Assembly (NCBI GenBank): GCA_977017645.1
Contig: OZ360223.1
Location: 99,014,001-99,078,000, forward strand
Reading direction: 5' to 3'
Length of the DNA stretch: 64,000 nt
Source: Torpedo marmorata
Taxonomy: Eukaryota
Positions 62,650-64,000 of the stretch are shown piece after piece; positions within the stretch are counted from its first letter, which is position 1; each line of letters opens with the position of its first letter. The notes beneath the pieces are model-generated. The model had not been told where the DNA came from. It saw only the letters and a list, made by a program, of their open reading frames with translations, and did no database searches. Position numbers and translations under genes: made by a program.

Positions 62650-64000
62650 ACGCCCATCTGGTGCTGTGTGTAGCCCTGACACCATGCCGGTGCTGCATGT
62701 AGCCCTTAACGCCCATCTGGTGCTGCGTGTAGCCCTGAACACCCATCTGGTGCTGCGTGTAGCCCTGACACCATGCCGGTGCTGCGTGTAGCCTTTAACG
62801 CCCACCTGGTGCTGTGTGTAATCCTGATGCCATGCCGGTGCTGTGTGTAGCCCTTAACGCCCATCTGGTGCTGCGTGTAGCCCTGACACCATGCCGGTGC
62901 TGCGTGTAGCCCTTAACACCCATCTAGTGATGTGTGTAACCCTGATGCCATACCGGTACTGCGTGTAGCCCTTAACGCCCATCTGGTCTTGTGTGTAGTC
63001 CTTAAAGACTACCTGGTGCTTTAAATGGCCTGTAAAAGGAGATAACGGTGTTTTTAATTAAAATCCTGCAACTGTGGGGTCTGTGCCCAAGATGGCGGTG
63101 CCTGTGCTCAGCAGCGGCCATGACGGGTTGCAGACACTGGGGGAATAGCAGAAATGGGGAGAACACCTCCCGTTGAGAAGGAGAAGCAGAGTAGACGACC
63201 CTACAGGGAAGGTAACCACGGCAGCAGACCAGCAAGCGGCCCAGCGACTGAAGGACCCACACAGGCTGCGGGCGACTTGCTGTTGGGGGACCCCCACGTG
63301 CTGCTGGAGACTGGCTCATGGGAACCAGGTAACAGAACCGGTATTCGAATGGGTGCTGAGGGCAAGAAGGGTACCCGAAGGGCCTCGGGCTCTGAAGGCT
63401 TCCTGATCGTGTTGGAGGTTTGGATCTGGAGCTTGGATTGCCGATGAATCCAACAGGAGTCTGTGCAGCTGCAGAGGCTGCGGGAGCGCTGGAGGCAAAT
63501 CCATCGACACTCAGTGACCCTGAAGGGACTCTCTTTTGCTTCTCTTTCTCCTCTTGTTCGGGGCACCGGGCGATGTTCATGGAGATACTTTGCCTTACGG
63601 CAGACATAAGTTGAAGTATATCATGCATGTTAAATTTTTATGTATTATTATGTAACAATAAAAGAAACCTTGGTGCTATGTGTAGCTTTAACACGTGTCT
63701 GGTGTTACCTGTAGCCCTAACACTGGGCCGGCGTTGTGTGTAGACCAAACGCCCAGCCAGTACTGTGTGTAGACCTAACGCCCAGCTGGTGCTGTGTGCA
63801 GACCTAACGCCCAGCCAGTGCTGTGTGTAGACCTAACGCCCAGCCAGTACTGTGTGTAGACCTAACGCCCACCTGGTGATGTGTGCAGACCTAATGCCCA
63901 GCCAGTGCTGTGTGTAGACCAAACGCTCAGCCAGTACTGTGTAGACCAAACGCCCAGCTGGTGCTGTGTGTAGACCTAACGCCTAGCTGGTGCTGTGTGT
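62650..64000 (+). repeat. ~31-32-bp minisatellite (gcccatctggtgctgtgtgtagcccttaac / gcccagccagtgctgtgtgtagacctaac), interrupted at 63021-63670
   Basis: Tandem units on both sides of the insert; runs off the window end. Confidence 0.9.
63021..63670 (+). mobile_element. GC-rich non-coding retroposon, longest copy (3)
   Basis: Contains CAAGATGGCGG near its 5' end; ends with AATAAA; inserted in the minisatellite. Confidence 0.72.

Noticed and set aside
63002-63628. 208-aa minus-strand ORF
   Set aside because: Lies in a GC-rich repeat, shows no recognisable domain, and is not preserved at this length in the other two copies.

Overview
Vertebrate genomic DNA, probably a cartilaginous fish (inferred from the mix of HE1-like V-SINEs, Deu-SINEs, CR1, Rex1/Babar and Penelope repeats). 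The window lies inside one minus-strand gene, SRGAP3 (Slit-Robo Rho GTPase-activating protein 3). I traced 16 coding exons by hand, all with AG/GT boundaries and compatible phases. They cover the F-BAR C-terminal half, the RhoGAP domain and the linker before the SH3 domain (about human exons 4-18; numbering from recalled homology). The 5' exons and the SH3/3' exons lie outside the window. Two exons (103 nt and 31 nt) form a frame-constrained mutually exclusive pair. Introns are dense with nested transposon fragments and G-rich minisatellites, and there is one assembly gap (45134-45280). The most unusual feature is a 702-bp TA-flanked Tc1/mariner-type (Tigger/pogo-like) non-autonomous element at 28129-28830. 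Its interior is three collinear, GC/CpG-rich pieces of a LINGO-family LRR-Ig gene, i.e. a gene-capturing Pack-TIR, lying between the two alternative exons and in the host gene's sense orientation. Family assignments come from recalled sequences, not database searches; repeat boundaries are approximate unless TIRs/TSDs are quoted.
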